Assembly (NCBI GenBank): GCA_963749845.1
Contig: CAVVOJ010000011.1
Coordinates: 160,036-224,035 of the forward strand
DNA: 64,000 nucleotides
Direction: 5' to 3'
Origin: an uncultured Chloroflexia bacterium
GTDB lineage: Bacteria; Chloroflexota; Anaerolineae; Caldilineales; Caldilineaceae
Part shown: in pieces, positions 1 to 11,172 of the stretch
How the letters are laid out: every line of letters starts with the position of its first letter
Numbering within the stretch: position 1 is the first letter of the stretch
Translations under genes and position numbers: made by a program
Notes under the pieces: generated by a model
Told to the model about the DNA's origin: nothing
Database searches by the model: none
What the model saw: the letters and a program-made list of their open reading frames with translations, nothing else

Positions 1-593
1 AATGCAACATTTTCTACCGCCTGCGGCATACCGTACAGATTGCCGTCTGGATAGGTGAACGCGGCAACTGCATTGGGGGCAAAACTATCTGCATTGGCGC
101 CCAGATCGATCGGCGCCAGCAAGCCACTGGCGTTGAGCTCTCCGATCCAGTCGTGGGAGCCAAGCAAGATGTCAGGGCCTTCACCCGTCGGCGCCGCCAC
201 GATGAAGTCGCCGCGCAGGTCGCCAAAACCCTTCTGGACAACCGTAATGCCGACGCCGTACTGGTCGCTAAAGCCTGCGGCGATCTCCTCGAGCACCGGG
301 GCGCGTACCTCATCGGCCCAGATCGTGAGCGTCGGTCCGCCGGTTCCAGCAGCAGCGCTTTCTTCAGCCGGCGCTTCGGTGGCTTCTGCCGCAGCTTCCT
401 CAGCTGGTTCTTCGGTGGCCTCCGCTTCTTCTGCTGCAGGGGCCTCTTCTTCGGCGGCTGCCTCTTCGGCCGGCGCCTCAGTTGGTGCTGCCTCTTCGGC
501 CGGTGCGGCAGGGGCCGCGCCGCCGCCACAGGCAGCCAGGATCAAGGTTGCGATGATCATCATCGAGATCGACAACCAGAGTCTATTGCGCAT
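1..593 (-). CDS. Sugar ABC transporter substrate-binding lipoprotein (MalE/CUT1-like), N-terminal part; gene continues beyond window start
   Basis: Absent from the ORF track because it is open at the window edge. ATG at 593-591. Translation: [25 protein letters not shown] (signal peptide plus lipobox), then an Ala/Glu/Pro-rich linker, then [21 protein letters not shown]...[17 protein letters not shown]...[17 protein letters not shown]. Paralogous to the SBP at 2178-3555. The listed ORFs 14-529(-) and 55-609(+) are shadow frames of the linker. Confidence 0.8.
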   Translation of the reverse strand, partial: MRNRLWLSISMMIIATLILAACGGGAAPAAPAEEAAPTEAPAEEAAAEEEAPAAEEAEATEEPAEEAAAEATEAPAEESAAAGTGGPTLTIWADEVRAPVLEEIAAGFSDQYGVGITVVQKGFGDLRGDFIVAAPTGEGPDILLGSHDWIGELNASGLLAPIDLGANADSFAPNAVAAFTYPDGNLYGMPQAVENVA

Positions 594-822
594 GAGTTTC
601 TCCTTTTAGCACTAGGGAAATTGATGGAAATACGGTAAGTAAACCAAACTTGCAACCGGCGCGTTGGCGTCGGAGTTGCACGACTTTGGGTGATGGCCGC
701 CCCTAAAGAAACAACTGAACTGACAGCTCTCCGGGATCACGAGTAGATCCGGCTATCAGCCGGAAGATCTCTTTTACCGGAGACGTCACGCTACAAACGT
801 GACTCATGGTTATATTCTTCAG

Positions 823-1902
823 TCAGTTTAGCGCCCGACTTCTCGCCGCCGTGTAGGTACCATTCGTCGCTGCCAACGGCTCCTGCCATGGCCCCGTTGT
901 ACCTCGCTGGATCAAATAGCTGTCGACCAAACGATGGCGTTGCACTATTGACTCGCGTGCAATCAGTTGGATCAACATGGTGGCTGCTTCAGCCGCCATC
1001 GCCGCGTACGGCACGTGGAGCGACGTCAGCGGCGGCGAGACGTATCCGGCCGTTGGCGAGTTGTTCGTACCCACGACGGAGGCGTCCTCTGGTACGCGCA
1101 GGCCTTGCTCGCGCAAAGCGCGCAGAATGCCAATGGCCATGAGATCGTTGGCCGCGTAATAGGCGGTCGGGGCATGGGGGCCCAAACCCGCCATGCGTTG
1201 AACCGCTTGATAGCCGCCGTCTTCAGCAAAGTACCCGTAATCGATCCACTCGGTGCGACAGGCGAGCCCGGCAGCAGCCATGGCCGCGCAGTAGCCGTTC
1301 AGGCGTTCGCGGACAACCTTCACTTCGGGATCGCCGCCGACGTAAGCAATGCGGCGATGACCGAGCGCGAGCAAATGGTCTACACAGAGGCGTGCCGCCT
1401 GCTCATTTTGCGTATCGACCCAGCAGAGTTCAACCGACTCGTCATGGGGGCGTCCCATGAGAACAAAGGGCGTTTCTTGACGCTGCAACGCGCCGACCGT
1501 GTCGACATCCAGCCGGTTGGTCAGCACGACAATGCCGTCGGTCTGACGCGAGCCCAGCATGTCAAACGTCTGCTTAATTTCGTCTTGATGGGTGCTGCTG
1601 CCGCTAACCAGGACACGATAGCCGCGCGCATAGGCGACCTCGAGCAGGCCGCGCATTACCTGGGGAAAGAAGGCGTCGGTGAAGTAGCCGTCATAAATGT
1701 GGGGCACAACGACTGCGATCGTGTTCGTGCGCTGGACGCTGAGCGAGCGCGCAATGGCATTGGGGTGAAAATCGAGCGCCGTGGCCGCCGCCAGGACGCG
1801 ATCGCGGGTCTCTGCGCTAATCTTCGCCTTGCCAGAGAAGACGCGGCTTACCGTGCTGGGATGCACGCCGGCTTCTTGGGCTACATCACGAATCGTCGTC
1901 AT
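823..1902 (-). CDS. LacI family transcriptional regulator
   Basis: N-terminal HTH (MTTIRDVAQEAGVHPSTVSRVFSG) followed by a periplasmic-binding-protein-like sugar-binding core. ATG at 1902 is preferred over the TTG at 1938 listed in the track. Confidence 0.9.
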   Translation of the reverse strand: MTTIRDVAQEAGVHPSTVSRVFSGKAKISAETRDRVLAAATALDFHPNAIARSLSVQRTNTIAVVVPHIYDGYFTDAFFPQVMRGLLEVAYARGYRVLVSGSSTHQDEIKQTFDMLGSRQTDGIVVLTNRLDVDTVGALQRQETPFVLMGRPHDESVELCWVDTQNEQAARLCVDHLLALGHRRIAYVGGDPEVKVVRERLNGYCAAMAAAGLACRTEWIDYGYFAEDGGYQAVQRMAGLGPHAPTAYYAANDLMAIGILRALREQGLRVPEDASVVGTNNSPTAGYVSPPLTSLHVPYAAMAAEAATMLIQLIARESIVQRHRLVDSYLIQRGTTGPWQEPLAATNGTYTAARSRALN

Positions 1903-1950
1903 AGTTGTCGGGTTCAAGGAGCGTCGGGTCGGATGCAATCGTGAGGCGAA

Positions 1951-1964
1951 TGCAACCGTTTGCG
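1951..1964. promoter_or_regulatory. Candidate LacI-type operator (TGCAACCGTTTGCG)
   Basis: Imperfect 14-bp palindrome with central CG, 5 of 7 positions symmetric. It resembles the generic LacI-family operator TGCAAACGTTTGCA and lies about 50 bp upstream of the LacI gene start. The half-site TGCAACCG recurs at 651-658, upstream of the SBP gene that starts at 593. Confidence 0.35.
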
Positions 1965-2101
1965 TTTCCGATTATACTGGGCTTAGATAGAGATGTCAAG
2001 CTTATGCAAATTTAGAGCAATCATTTGGCAAACCCTGCGGGGATCAGCGGGCTACTCAAAAAGGTCAGATCGTGATAGATGAGCAGGGTAATACCAATCC
2101 A

Positions 2102-2132
2102 AGGCGCCCCGCCAGTGATGGGCGGGGCGCCT
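2102..2132 (-). terminator. GC-rich hairpin downstream of SBP gene (12-bp perfect stem)
   Basis: AGGCGCCCCGCC (2102-2113) pairs with GGCGGGGCGCCT (2121-2132), with a 7-nt loop. It lies 46 bp past the stop at 2178. The U-tract is weak. Confidence 0.4.
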
Positions 2133-2177
2133 GAAGGGACATCTTACTTGACGCCGGCTACGGCGTGCATGCGACCG

Positions 2178-3555
2178 CTATTCTGACGCCTCAGCTTCAG
2201 CCGCAGCCAGGTCAGCTCGGATTGATTCTGCGGCCTGCTGCAGCGCTTCTTCCACCGTCAACTCCTGGGCCGCTACCTGACGCAGCGCCGAATCCAATTC
2301 GTCCCAAATCAAGGACATGGCGGGCACGGTCGGTTCCGGTTGGCCCGTTTCACCGGCTGCGGCAAAGCCGTAGAGATCCGGATCTTCAATATACTCGCGA
2401 ATGGAGAGGAAGGCCGAAGGACGAGGATCGCCTTCAAAGATCTCCTGCATGATCTCATCAGTGGCGACGAATTCTGTCAGGAAGCGTTGAGCCAGTTCAG
2501 GATTCTCGCTTTGCGAATTGATCATGAAGCCCTGCACACCCAGGAAGGGCGCCGCATCCTGAAGCTCACCTGGCAGCGTCGTCACGACGAAGGGGATGCC
2601 TGATGCACGGAGACGAGGCAGCGCCCATGGTCCCGTCACCATCATGGCAGCATCACCGGATTCGAACGCACTGTGCATGGCATCGTAGTCTATGTTGGCG
2701 GCCCCATCTAGACTGCCGGCCTCGACCATGCTGGCAAGCCACTCAAACGCGGCCTGCGCACCCTCGCCGTCAATACCTAGGTCTTCAACGTTGAACCCGT
2801 CGCCCTCTTCGCCAAAGAGATAGCCGCCAAACGCACTCAGGATTGGGTAGAAGTGATAGAGGTCGCCACTCTGGCGGATGAAGCCGTGCTCGACTACGCC
2901 ATCGGCCTCCAGCTGTGCGGCCAGGTGCGGCAAGCTCGCTCCAGGTCGTAGGCGGTTCCGCAACCAATTCCGGGTTGTAGACGAGGGCCAGGTTTTCGGT
3001 CGCGTACGGCATCCCATAGAGCGCGCCGTCAATTTCAAACGCGTCGATGGCCGATTCCAGGAACTCCTCGCGTTTGTCGCCCAAATCGATTTCGGCCAGC
3101 AGATCGCGTGCCTGAAGCTCGCTAGCCCAACCAAAAGGGCCGACAATGATGTCGGGACCTTCGTTGGTTACGGCGGCCTTTTCAAACGTAGTACGAATCT
3201 GATCGAAGGGCAGCTCCGTGATCGTCAAGGGAATGCCAGTCGCTGCCTCAAATTTGGTGGCGATCTGTCGCAAGACGGGCGCGCGCGTCTCATCGGCCCA
3301 AATGTCCAGGCTCGTTTCGCTACTCACCAGTTCTTGTTCCACCGACCCCTGTTCGACATCTTCAAAATCGGTGACGATTGCGTTAGGATCAACTTCTTCG
3401 CTGGCGGCAGGAGTGGCCTCCTCCGCGGGGGTGACGGTTTCCTCTGGCGGCGGCGCAGTCTCCATGGCCTCTGGCGCAATGACCGGCGTGCAGGCCGCCA
3501 GGACCAGAACAAGCGCTGCCAGCGCAAAGATAAGAAGTCCGTATCGATTCCGCAT
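2178..3555 (-). pseudogene. Sugar ABC transporter substrate-binding lipoprotein (MalE-like), reading frame broken once (about 2930-2945)
   Basis: ATG at 3555. MRNRYGLLIFALAALVLVLAAC is a lipobox. The N-terminal half lies in ORF 2785-3987 up to ...PPTTWSEL. The C-terminal half lies in ORF 2178-3146 from ...LAAQLEADGVVEHGFIRQ onward. The junction behaves as one extra base. Confidence 0.8.
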
Positions 3556-3700
3556 GCTTGAACTCTCCATCATTCGTGATTGACTCAGCCGTTTATTGAT
3601 TGATTGCTGCGTGTCAAATAGCTCTTTTCGTCTAACGACAACTCTCTTGGGCCAGGTTCCGCACCCTGGATGGGGTATCACCTGCTGCATGTCACCCGGC

Positions 3701-6700
3701 TCAATCGGGTGAGCGCGGCGGCAATTTCGGCAAAGCCCGGTTGGGGCGCGATGCCATGTCCGGTTTGAGTATCTGCGTTTCATCCAATAAACGCAAACTT
3801 TCGACGATGGCGCGCTCCAATTGGGGATCGCGACCCTGGACGTAATCCTGAGGGCTGATATCGATTTCGATATCGGGCTCCGTGCCGTAATTCTCCAAGT
3901 GCCAACCCACATCCTCAAACCAAAGACTGAATTCCGGTTGCGTCGTAACCGTGCCGTCAACCAGCGTATGTCGCGGATAGATGCCAATCACGCCGCCCCA
4001 GGTACGCTTGCCGATTAGCGGTCCCAGTTTCATCAGCTTGAAGCTATGGCAGAAGATGTCGCCGTCGCTGCCGGCATGCTCGTTGGTCAATGCCACGAGC
4101 GGACCGGCGACCGACTCCAGCGGATAGGGCATCATGCCGCCCCAGCGCGAAAGGTCGTAGCCAATGCGGCGCCGGGCCAGCTTTTCGAGAATGAGCTGGC
4201 TGACGTAACCGCCGCCATTGTAGCGCACGTCGATGATCAAGCCATCCCGATCGATCTCGGCCAGGTATCCCCGGTGGAACTCAGCGTATCCCTTTGGCCC
4301 CATGTCGGGGATATGGACGTAGCCAACCCGGCCGGCAGACGCCTCATGCGTTCGCCGGCGATTTTCTTCTACCCATGCTCGGTAGCGAGCCGGCCCCTCA
4401 TCCGCCAGCGTCCGCACCACAACGCTACGTGTCTTTGCCACCGGCTCAATTTCCTGGCTCTGTGTGGTTGCTGCTACGGCATCAGTGCTCGTTGACTCCT
4501 CGCGATCGGTGAAGGTCAACAGCACTTCTTCAGCCGCCAGATTGACCAAGAGCTGAGCGGGGCCCGTTTCGGCGTCGAGCGGCTGGCCGTTGATCGCGCA
4601 GAGCAGGTCGCCCGGTTGAATGTCCAGGGCCGGCTCGGCCAGGGGCGAGGTCGCCCTGGCGTTCCAGGGGTCGCCCTGGACAATTTCGCCGATCCGATAT
4701 CCCTGGGCAGCAACGTCCCACGTGATCTGCGCGCCCAGATGCCCTTGGCCATAATAGGGACGCGGCCGATAATCGCCGCCATATTCATACGCGTGACTTG
4801 TGCCCAGTTCGCCCTGCATCTCCCACATGAGATCGCTGAATTCGCTGCGCGAGCTAACCCGCTCGATCAACGGAAAATACCGCCGGTAGACTTCTTGCCA
4901 GTCAACCGAACTCATGTCTTCCGTCCAGAACTGATCGCGCTGGAGCCGCCACGCCTCTCGAAACATCTGTTCCCACTCGCTTTGAGGATCGACGGAGACC
5001 TTGATGCGATTCAAGTTGATCCAGCCGCTCTTGCGTGGATGACCGCGTTCTGACGCCGGTTTTTCGCCGGCCGCAAGGACGCGCAAGCGACCAGCAACAC
5101 CGTAGATCAGCTTGCTCCGATCACGGGAGAGGTTGAACCAGCGCACGTCTTCTACCAACGTGCTGCTTTTGTACTCCTTGAACTCCCAGACGCGTAGCGC
5201 GCCCGCTTCCAGCTCGTCCTCATCATCCCAGTCATTCTCCCCATCGAGCATGCCGTGAATGGGGAATTCAGTGAAAAGCGCCTTGCCCTTGATGCCGGCA
5301 ATGCGTCCGTAGCGCCCGTCCTGTACGGGAAAGGCGAAGATGCGCCGCTCGATGCCGTCCAGATCAATTTGAATTCGGTCAGATTGCGCAGACTTCTCAT
5401 TGTCTGCGGCTGCCTCTGTTGATGGCGCGGCCGGCGCGGCGCCGTCTTGGCCCTGCGCATGGCTGCTTGTCTCGCCTCCGTCGGCAGCGTCCCGGTCGAA
5501 CGCTGCCACAACGACGCTGTCGATCACATCCGCATCTTCTGCCTCGCCCTCATCCGCATCATCCTGGCTATCTGGATCGTAACCCTCGTCTTCATCCCCA
5601 TCCTCGTGACTGTCATCGTCAGCGGGTTCCTCGTCGTGATCGTGATCCTCTTCTTCATCGTCGTCGCCCTGTTCTGGGTGCGGAACGAAGGGATTGGGCA
5701 GATTGGCCTGTAGCGTAAGCAAATAGGGCCGCATGCCCCACGGAAAGCCGAGGTCCAGATGCAAGCCGTCAAAGACCGGGTTGAATTCGCGCTCGCTCAG
5801 AAAATAGAGATAGCGTCCGGCCGGGTCAAACGCGGGCTGGGCGTCATGTAGCACCGGCTGCGTGACGCTGATGGGATTCGAGACTGGCTCCGTCTTATCG
5901 TCTTCGTACTCCTCAACGTATAGATTGTAGAGCCGGATCTCCGTCTTTTGTGGCGTACTGCCATAGCCATACGCAAGCCACTTGCCGTCTGGCGACCAGT
6001 CAAGCCCGGCAATGCGGCGATAAGGGCTATGGTCCACCAGCGTGACCGTGCGCTCACTCAGATCGACAAGCAGCAGTTCGTGGCGATGATTGGTCAGCGC
6101 GACCTTGTCTTCCGTCGGCGAGACGCGCAACGAGACTGCCCGGCCGATGTCCAGGCCGTCGAGCTGCACAACTTGACCGCCGGGCGTAGTGTCGTGAATC
6201 TCCAGCACTTCTTCGCCCGGGTCGTCGGAAATCATGACCAGGCGGCGACTGTCGTTGAGCCAGTCGGCCAGCCTGTACCGGACGCCTTCGCGCTTGCCGT
6301 GTTGGAGCACGGGGCCATCAAAATTAAAAAAGGCGAAGGCTTTGCCCCGCGTCGTGACGGCCATGGCGTCACCCGTCGGATGAAGGCGGGCGCTGTCGAT
6401 GTAGCGGCTGGCGTGGGCGAACTTGCGGTTGCGCTGGACGCGCGCGGGCTGTGATACGCAACGTCGATCTTCACCGACTGGTCTGCGGTGGGGTCGTAGA
6501 GAAACAGGTCGGCCCCGGCGTGATAGACAATGCGCCGGCCATCCGTGGATGGGTTGCGCACGTAGTAATCTTCGTGATCCGTATGGCGCCGCACGTCCGT
6601 CCCCGCCGGCGTGCAGCTGTAGAGGTTGCCAATGCCTTCGTGGTCGCTGCTGAAATAGACGCGTTCTTCGCCGTTCACCGTCAGCCACATGGGCGAAGCG

Positions 6701-7275
6701 ATATTGCCGTCTAGATCGGTCAAGAAGCGGCTAAATTCGCCACTGCCTTGACGGTCGATCCATAGATGGCCGGTGGTCCCGCCTCGGTAGCGCTTTCGTC
6801 GTGCCGAGTCATTGGTGTTGCGACCGAGCACCACGCCGCCATTCGGTCCAAAGGTGATCGAACGGGCGAAGCCAAAGGGTAGCGGCTCTACCTGGCCATT
6901 GGCAGACGCGACCGGAACCTGGAAGAGGCTCATTTCTCCCCGGACCATCTGGCCATAGTTGGTGGCAAAGAGAATGTGCTGGCCTGCCTCATCCCAACCG
7001 ACGATGTGCATGGTGCTGGCGAGGAAGGTGAGTCGTCGCTCGGGACCACCCGGCGCCGGCATTACGTAGATGTCCGGCGCGCCCTCTTCACGACCGACAA
7101 AAGCGATCATCGAGCCGTCTGGTGAGAGCATGGGCGACGTGACTTCGCCCCGGTTTGACGTGAGACGGCGTGCTTCGCTGTTGTCGATCGAGACGCACCA
7201 GAGATCATCTTCCGACACAAAGACAACTGTCTCGTTGTGGAGGGTGGGATAGCGATAGTAACCAGCGTTGCTCAT
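3701..7275 (-). pseudogene. Tricorn protease homologue (beta-propellers + PDZ + S41-like C-terminal domain), one frame break at about 6438-6448
   Basis: The N-terminus MSNAGYYRYPTLHNETVVFVSEDDLWCVS... is in ORF 6232-7275. It continues as ...VQRNRKFAHASRYIDSARLHPTGDAMAVTTRGKAF... in ORF 3701-6688. The C-terminal region has GRVGYVHIPDMG, IIDVRYNGGG and HAGSDGDIF motifs typical of tricorn/S41 peptidases. The break falls inside a CGCGCGCG tract and behaves as one missing base. Confidence 0.85.
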
Positions 7276-7413
7276 ATAGAAGTGTCTGATCTCCGAAAAA
7301 TGGTTGCGTAACGCAAGGGAGGAATTATACCGTCATCCAGAGCAAGGGCGCAAAAGCAGCCGGGTCACACCCTCGATGAGATTGTGTCCGCGCTGGCTCC
7401 TCGATTTTGCCCA

Positions 7414-7422
7414 TGATATAAT
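7414..7422 (+). promoter_or_regulatory. Extended -10 promoter element (TGaTATAAT) 8 nt upstream of the ATG at 7431
   Basis: TGATATAAT lies at 7414-7422. The spacing implies a leaderless or near-leaderless transcript for the hydrolase gene. Confidence 0.35.
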
Positions 7423-7430
7423 CCCGCGCC

Positions 7431-8729
7431 ATGAAAACACGCTCTTTCGCTTTCCCATTTCTGGCGCTGTTCGTCTTGGCGCTACTGGCAAGCGCCTGCC
7501 AGCCGTCACCCGAGTTAAATGTTCTCAACTATCGGCTTGCACGCTCGTTGGGCATCTATGATGCGCCGCCAACGAATGGTCCCACGGGCTCTGTGACGGG
7601 GCTCGTTTTGGGTGCAGACGGACCGCTCGACGGCGCGACCGTGCTGCTGGCAGAGCCACGGGGGACGCCTCACGTGGGGAGGACCGATGCCGCCGGCCGC
7701 TATCGGATCGACGATCTGCCCGTGGGGCGGTATGTGCCGGCGGCAGTCGCTCCTGGCTATGGCGAAGCGGCGCTGCAGAATGATGCGGGGCTGCCCATAA
7801 TCCTGAGCGTGACTGAAAACGAGGTGACCGAAGCGCCACCGCTACGGCTGCAGGAGCGCCGCATACCGCCTTTGCCGGCCGACCTGGCGACGGCGGTTGA
7901 ACTCACGCTGACCGACACCTATACCGCCACCGCCGCTTTCCCGCCCGATGCAGCGGCACAGGTGTTGCGCTACGAATTCACCTATGACGGGGCCACGGTC
8001 GACACGCTGCGCGTTTACCTGCCGACTGACGTGGCGCCGGGCGATCAGTTGCCCCTGCTCTTCTTCAGCTATCCCGGTGATGTGGACGGCTGGCAAGATG
8101 TGAGCGTCGCCTTCGCCGAATCAGGGCTATGCCCTGGTTGCCCTGTCGCCCGTGGGCGCGCGGGCTGGACATTGACCGGCAGACAGCCGATGCCCGGATC
8201 GCCCTGCAGCTGGCCGTGAATGGCGCACTCTCGCCTCACATAGATCCCACCAAGCCGGCGATTGCCCTGGGCGGCAGCTTTACCAGCGCCATCATCCAAC
8301 GTCTGGTGCAGGCCGAACCCGAGCACTTCGCGGCCTGGGTCACGTTGGGCGGCATCGCCGACGGTTTCGCGCTGGCCGAAGCCTTTTATGCGGGTGAGAT
8401 TCAGGTGCCGCCGAGCTATGCATTGGCCATTCCCAGCTTTGGCCAGCCCAACCTGGTACCGCTCGACATCCTGCGCTATTCGCCCGTCTATCGCGCCGAT
8501 CACCTGCCGCCTGCGTTGATTATCCATACAGACGCCGACCGCATTCTGCCCATCGAGCAGGCCTATCTGCTGGCGGAGGCGTTGGCCGCTGCAGCCGTAC
8601 CGGCCGAGACCTATTATTATGAAGACGTGAGCCACTACCTCCAGATCGGTGAGGCAATGACCGCAAGAAGGCGGGGAAATGTTCGACCTGGTCCTTGATT
8701 TTATTGCGCGTTACCAACCGGCCGAGTGA
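7431..8729 (+). pseudogene. Secreted alpha/beta hydrolase (carboxypeptidase-regulatory-like N-domain + esterase/S9-like domain), three frame breaks
   Basis: Signal peptide MKTRSFAFPFLALFVLALLASAC. The best protein path changes frame at about 8124 (...FAES | GYALVALSPVGA), at about 8162 (| RGLDIDRQTADARIALQL...) and at about 8660 (...HYLQIGEAMT | QEGGEMFDLVLDFIARYQPAE, stop at 8727-8729). The first two breaks are in GGG runs. Confidence 0.7.
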
Positions 8730-8796
8730 TTTGGTGTAGAATAGAGCGGTAACAGCGTCAATCGTTAACGATAGTCGCGTCAATCGTTTCAGAGGG

Positions 8797-9786
8797 ATGG
8801 CATGTATGAGTACAACTCTTTCCAAACAAATCACCGCAGACTATGACCGCTTGCGCAATGGCGCAGTCGTGCAGATGCGACCCGATCATGGCGTGCTTTT
8901 GCTCTCCGACATTGGGCGCACCGACTTCCTGCAGCGCATGACGACCAATGATATTCTTGCTCTAGCGCCCGGCACGTCCACGATCACCGTGTTGACAAGT
9001 GACGTGGCCCGCAGCCTTTTTGCTTTTACGGTTATCTGTCGCGATGAGGATCTGCTCCTTTTGCCCGGCCAAGGCGAAGCCGCTGGGCTCGCAGCCAATC
9101 TACGCGGCAAGATCTTCTTCATGGACAAGGTCCAGGTCGGCGACATCAGCCAGCACGTGAAGCGGGCGCGGCTCATGGGACGTCAAAGTGATGAAGTCTT
9201 GGCCAGGCTCGGCATTGACTTGACCAACGCTGACGACGGCGCGTGGCGGCGGCAGGGCGACGTGACGACGATCAAGCAAGTGCGTTTTGACGTACCGGGC
9301 TATGAACTACTCATCCCTGCTGCCGGCGTGGAGCCATTTCTTGATCAGCTGCAGGAAGCGGGCGCGACGGTGCTGCAGGATGACGCCGCCTATCAGGCGC
9401 GCCGCATCGAGTTGGGGCGTCCGGTTGCCGGGTCCGAGATTACCGATGCCTATAATCCGCTGGAAGTCGGCCTGGAGTGGACGTGCGCCGAGAACAAGGG
9501 GTGCTACACGGGACAGGAGATCATCGCCCGTCAGATCACCTATGACAAGGTCACCAAGACCTTGGTCGGTCTGCGCAGCGAAGAATTGCTGCCCCTGGGC
9601 GCGCCCGTGAGCGTAGAGGGACGTGTGGTCGGCACCGTGACGAGCACCGCGATCAGTCCGGCGTTGGATGTACCGGTCGCTCTGGCGATCATCAAGCGGC
9701 CTGCCAACGCGGCAGGGACCCAGGTCGAGGTGGGCAACGGACCTGCCGACGTGACGGCTTTGCCTTTCCTGGAAACAGCGCCGTAA
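8797..9786 (+). CDS. ygfZ: Folate-binding YgfZ / GcvT-family protein (Fe-S cluster repair and tRNA modification associated)
   Basis: Aminomethyltransferase-like fold with the YgfZ signature KGCYTGQEIIARQ. Confidence 0.75.
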   Translation: MACMSTTLSKQITADYDRLRNGAVVQMRPDHGVLLLSDIGRTDFLQRMTTNDILALAPGTSTITVLTSDVARSLFAFTVICRDEDLLLLPGQGEAAGLAANLRGKIFFMDKVQVGDISQHVKRARLMGRQSDEVLARLGIDLTNADDGAWRRQGDVTTIKQVRFDVPGYELLIPAAGVEPFLDQLQEAGATVLQDDAAYQARRIELGRPVAGSEITDAYNPLEVGLEWTCAENKGCYTGQEIIARQITYDKVTKTLVGLRSEELLPLGAPVSVEGRVVGTVTSTAISPALDVPVALAIIKRPANAAGTQVEVGNGPADVTALPFLETAP

Positions 9787-9844
9787 GTACCGAGGATGGA
9801 GTTTGGCATGATCGACATCTTTGCCGAAGGCGACGCGCTGACGC

Positions 9845-10691
9845 GTGAACGCTTCGACATTGGCCTCGTGGCGGCTGGTGGTGGATGCTGAGCCCCGTTC
9901 GGGACCGGCCAACATGGCGCTTGATCAGGCCCTGGCCGAAGCCGTGGCCGCGGGCGAGAGCCTGCCCACCCTGCGCTTCTATCGCTGGCAGCCGCCGGCC
10001 GTCAGTTTGGGGCGCCATCAGCCCGTGGCCGAGGTGGACGCGGCCGCCATTGATGCCGCCGGCTATGAGCTTGTTCGCCGCCCAACCGGCGGACGGGCCA
10101 TTCTCCATACGGACGAACTGACCTACTCCGTGCTGGCGCCGGCGGATGAGCCGCGCGTCCACGGCGGCGTGATGGACGCCTACCTGCGCCTGAGCAACGC
10201 GCTGGTCACGGGGCTGCGCTATGTGGGCGTAGTGGACGTGAGCAAAGCGCCCGGCAGCGTGCGGACGGGCAAGGATGTTTCGGCAGCCTGTTTTGAAGTG
10301 CCCAGCGCCTACGAAATTACTGCCGGCGGGCGCAAACTCATGGGGAGTGCGCAGAGCCGGCGCGCCGGCTACGTACTCCAGCACGGTAGCCTGCCCCTGC
10401 ACGGCGATATTACGCGTCTCATCGACGTACTCATCCTCGATCCGGCTGACGCGGCGGCTTTGCGCCGCGAACTGGCCCAGCGCGCCTGCACCCTGGCCGA
10501 GGCCATGGGCGTGGCTGACGACGACCCCACGGTCGGCGTTCGAACACGTTCAGGCTGCGCTGGCCAAGGGCTTTGCCGAAGCGCTGGATCTGTCGCTGCA
10601 GCCGAGCCAGCCGACCCCCAGTGAGATGCGGCGGGCGGGAATGCTCATCCGCAGCCAGTTTGCCAACCCCGAATGGACGGAAGCGCGCTAA
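9845..10691 (+). pseudogene. Lipoate-protein ligase / octanoyltransferase family (BPL_LplA_LipB domain), one frame break at about 10531-10538
   Basis: [11 protein letters not shown] and [12 protein letters not shown] (catalytic Lys) motifs. ORF 9845-10624 reads ...[14 protein letters not shown], and the protein continues in ORF 10275-10691 as [19 protein letters not shown]...NPEWTEAR. The break behaves as one extra base. Confidence 0.75.
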
Positions 10692-10695
10692 CGCC

Positions 10696-10984
10696 ATGGC
10701 CGCCGTCGGACACCTCACCCTCGAGCTCTACCTGCCGCTCAACCAGAGCCTCAAAGGCAAACGCAGCATCCTCAAGCCGCTGATTCGCGCGCCTGCGTCG
10801 CGACTTCAACGTTTCCGTCTGCGAAGCCGACGCGCAGGACGCCCACACCCGCGCCGTGCTCGAAGTCGTCTGCGTCAGTCAGAACAGCGCACTGGCCCAT
10901 CGCCAGCTCCAACATGTCGCCAACCGCGTCGAAGACTGGCGCATGGACGCGCAGCTCGTCGACTATTGGATTGAGATGCTATGA
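10696..10984 (+). pseudogene. DUF503 (YlxP-like) small protein, one frame break at about 10786-10793
   Basis: [30 protein letters not shown] continues after a +1 shift as [65 protein letters not shown]. The break lies in a CGCGCGC tract. Confidence 0.7.
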
Positions 10985-11172
10985 AGCAGCCTGGAGCGTA
11001 GCACGATTTGGCGTGCTGATGCGGCCCTGGTTCACCGAACAGGCGTTCATGTTCTCTTCATGGAGCAACGACTGGACAGCATTGCCCTACTGATCACCGC
11101 TGCATGGGGTATCCTGCAGAGATGCCAGCATCGATGCCGTTCCAGCTATAGAGGATGTCGGGAACATTGTCC

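Noticed and set aside
14-609. ORFs 14-529(-), 55-609(+) and 153-638(+), with low-complexity Pro/Lys/Arg or Ala/Ser translations.
   Set aside because: They are alternative frames of the Ala/Glu/Pro-rich tether of the SBP gene. The real frame starts at 593 and runs off the window, so it is missing from the track.
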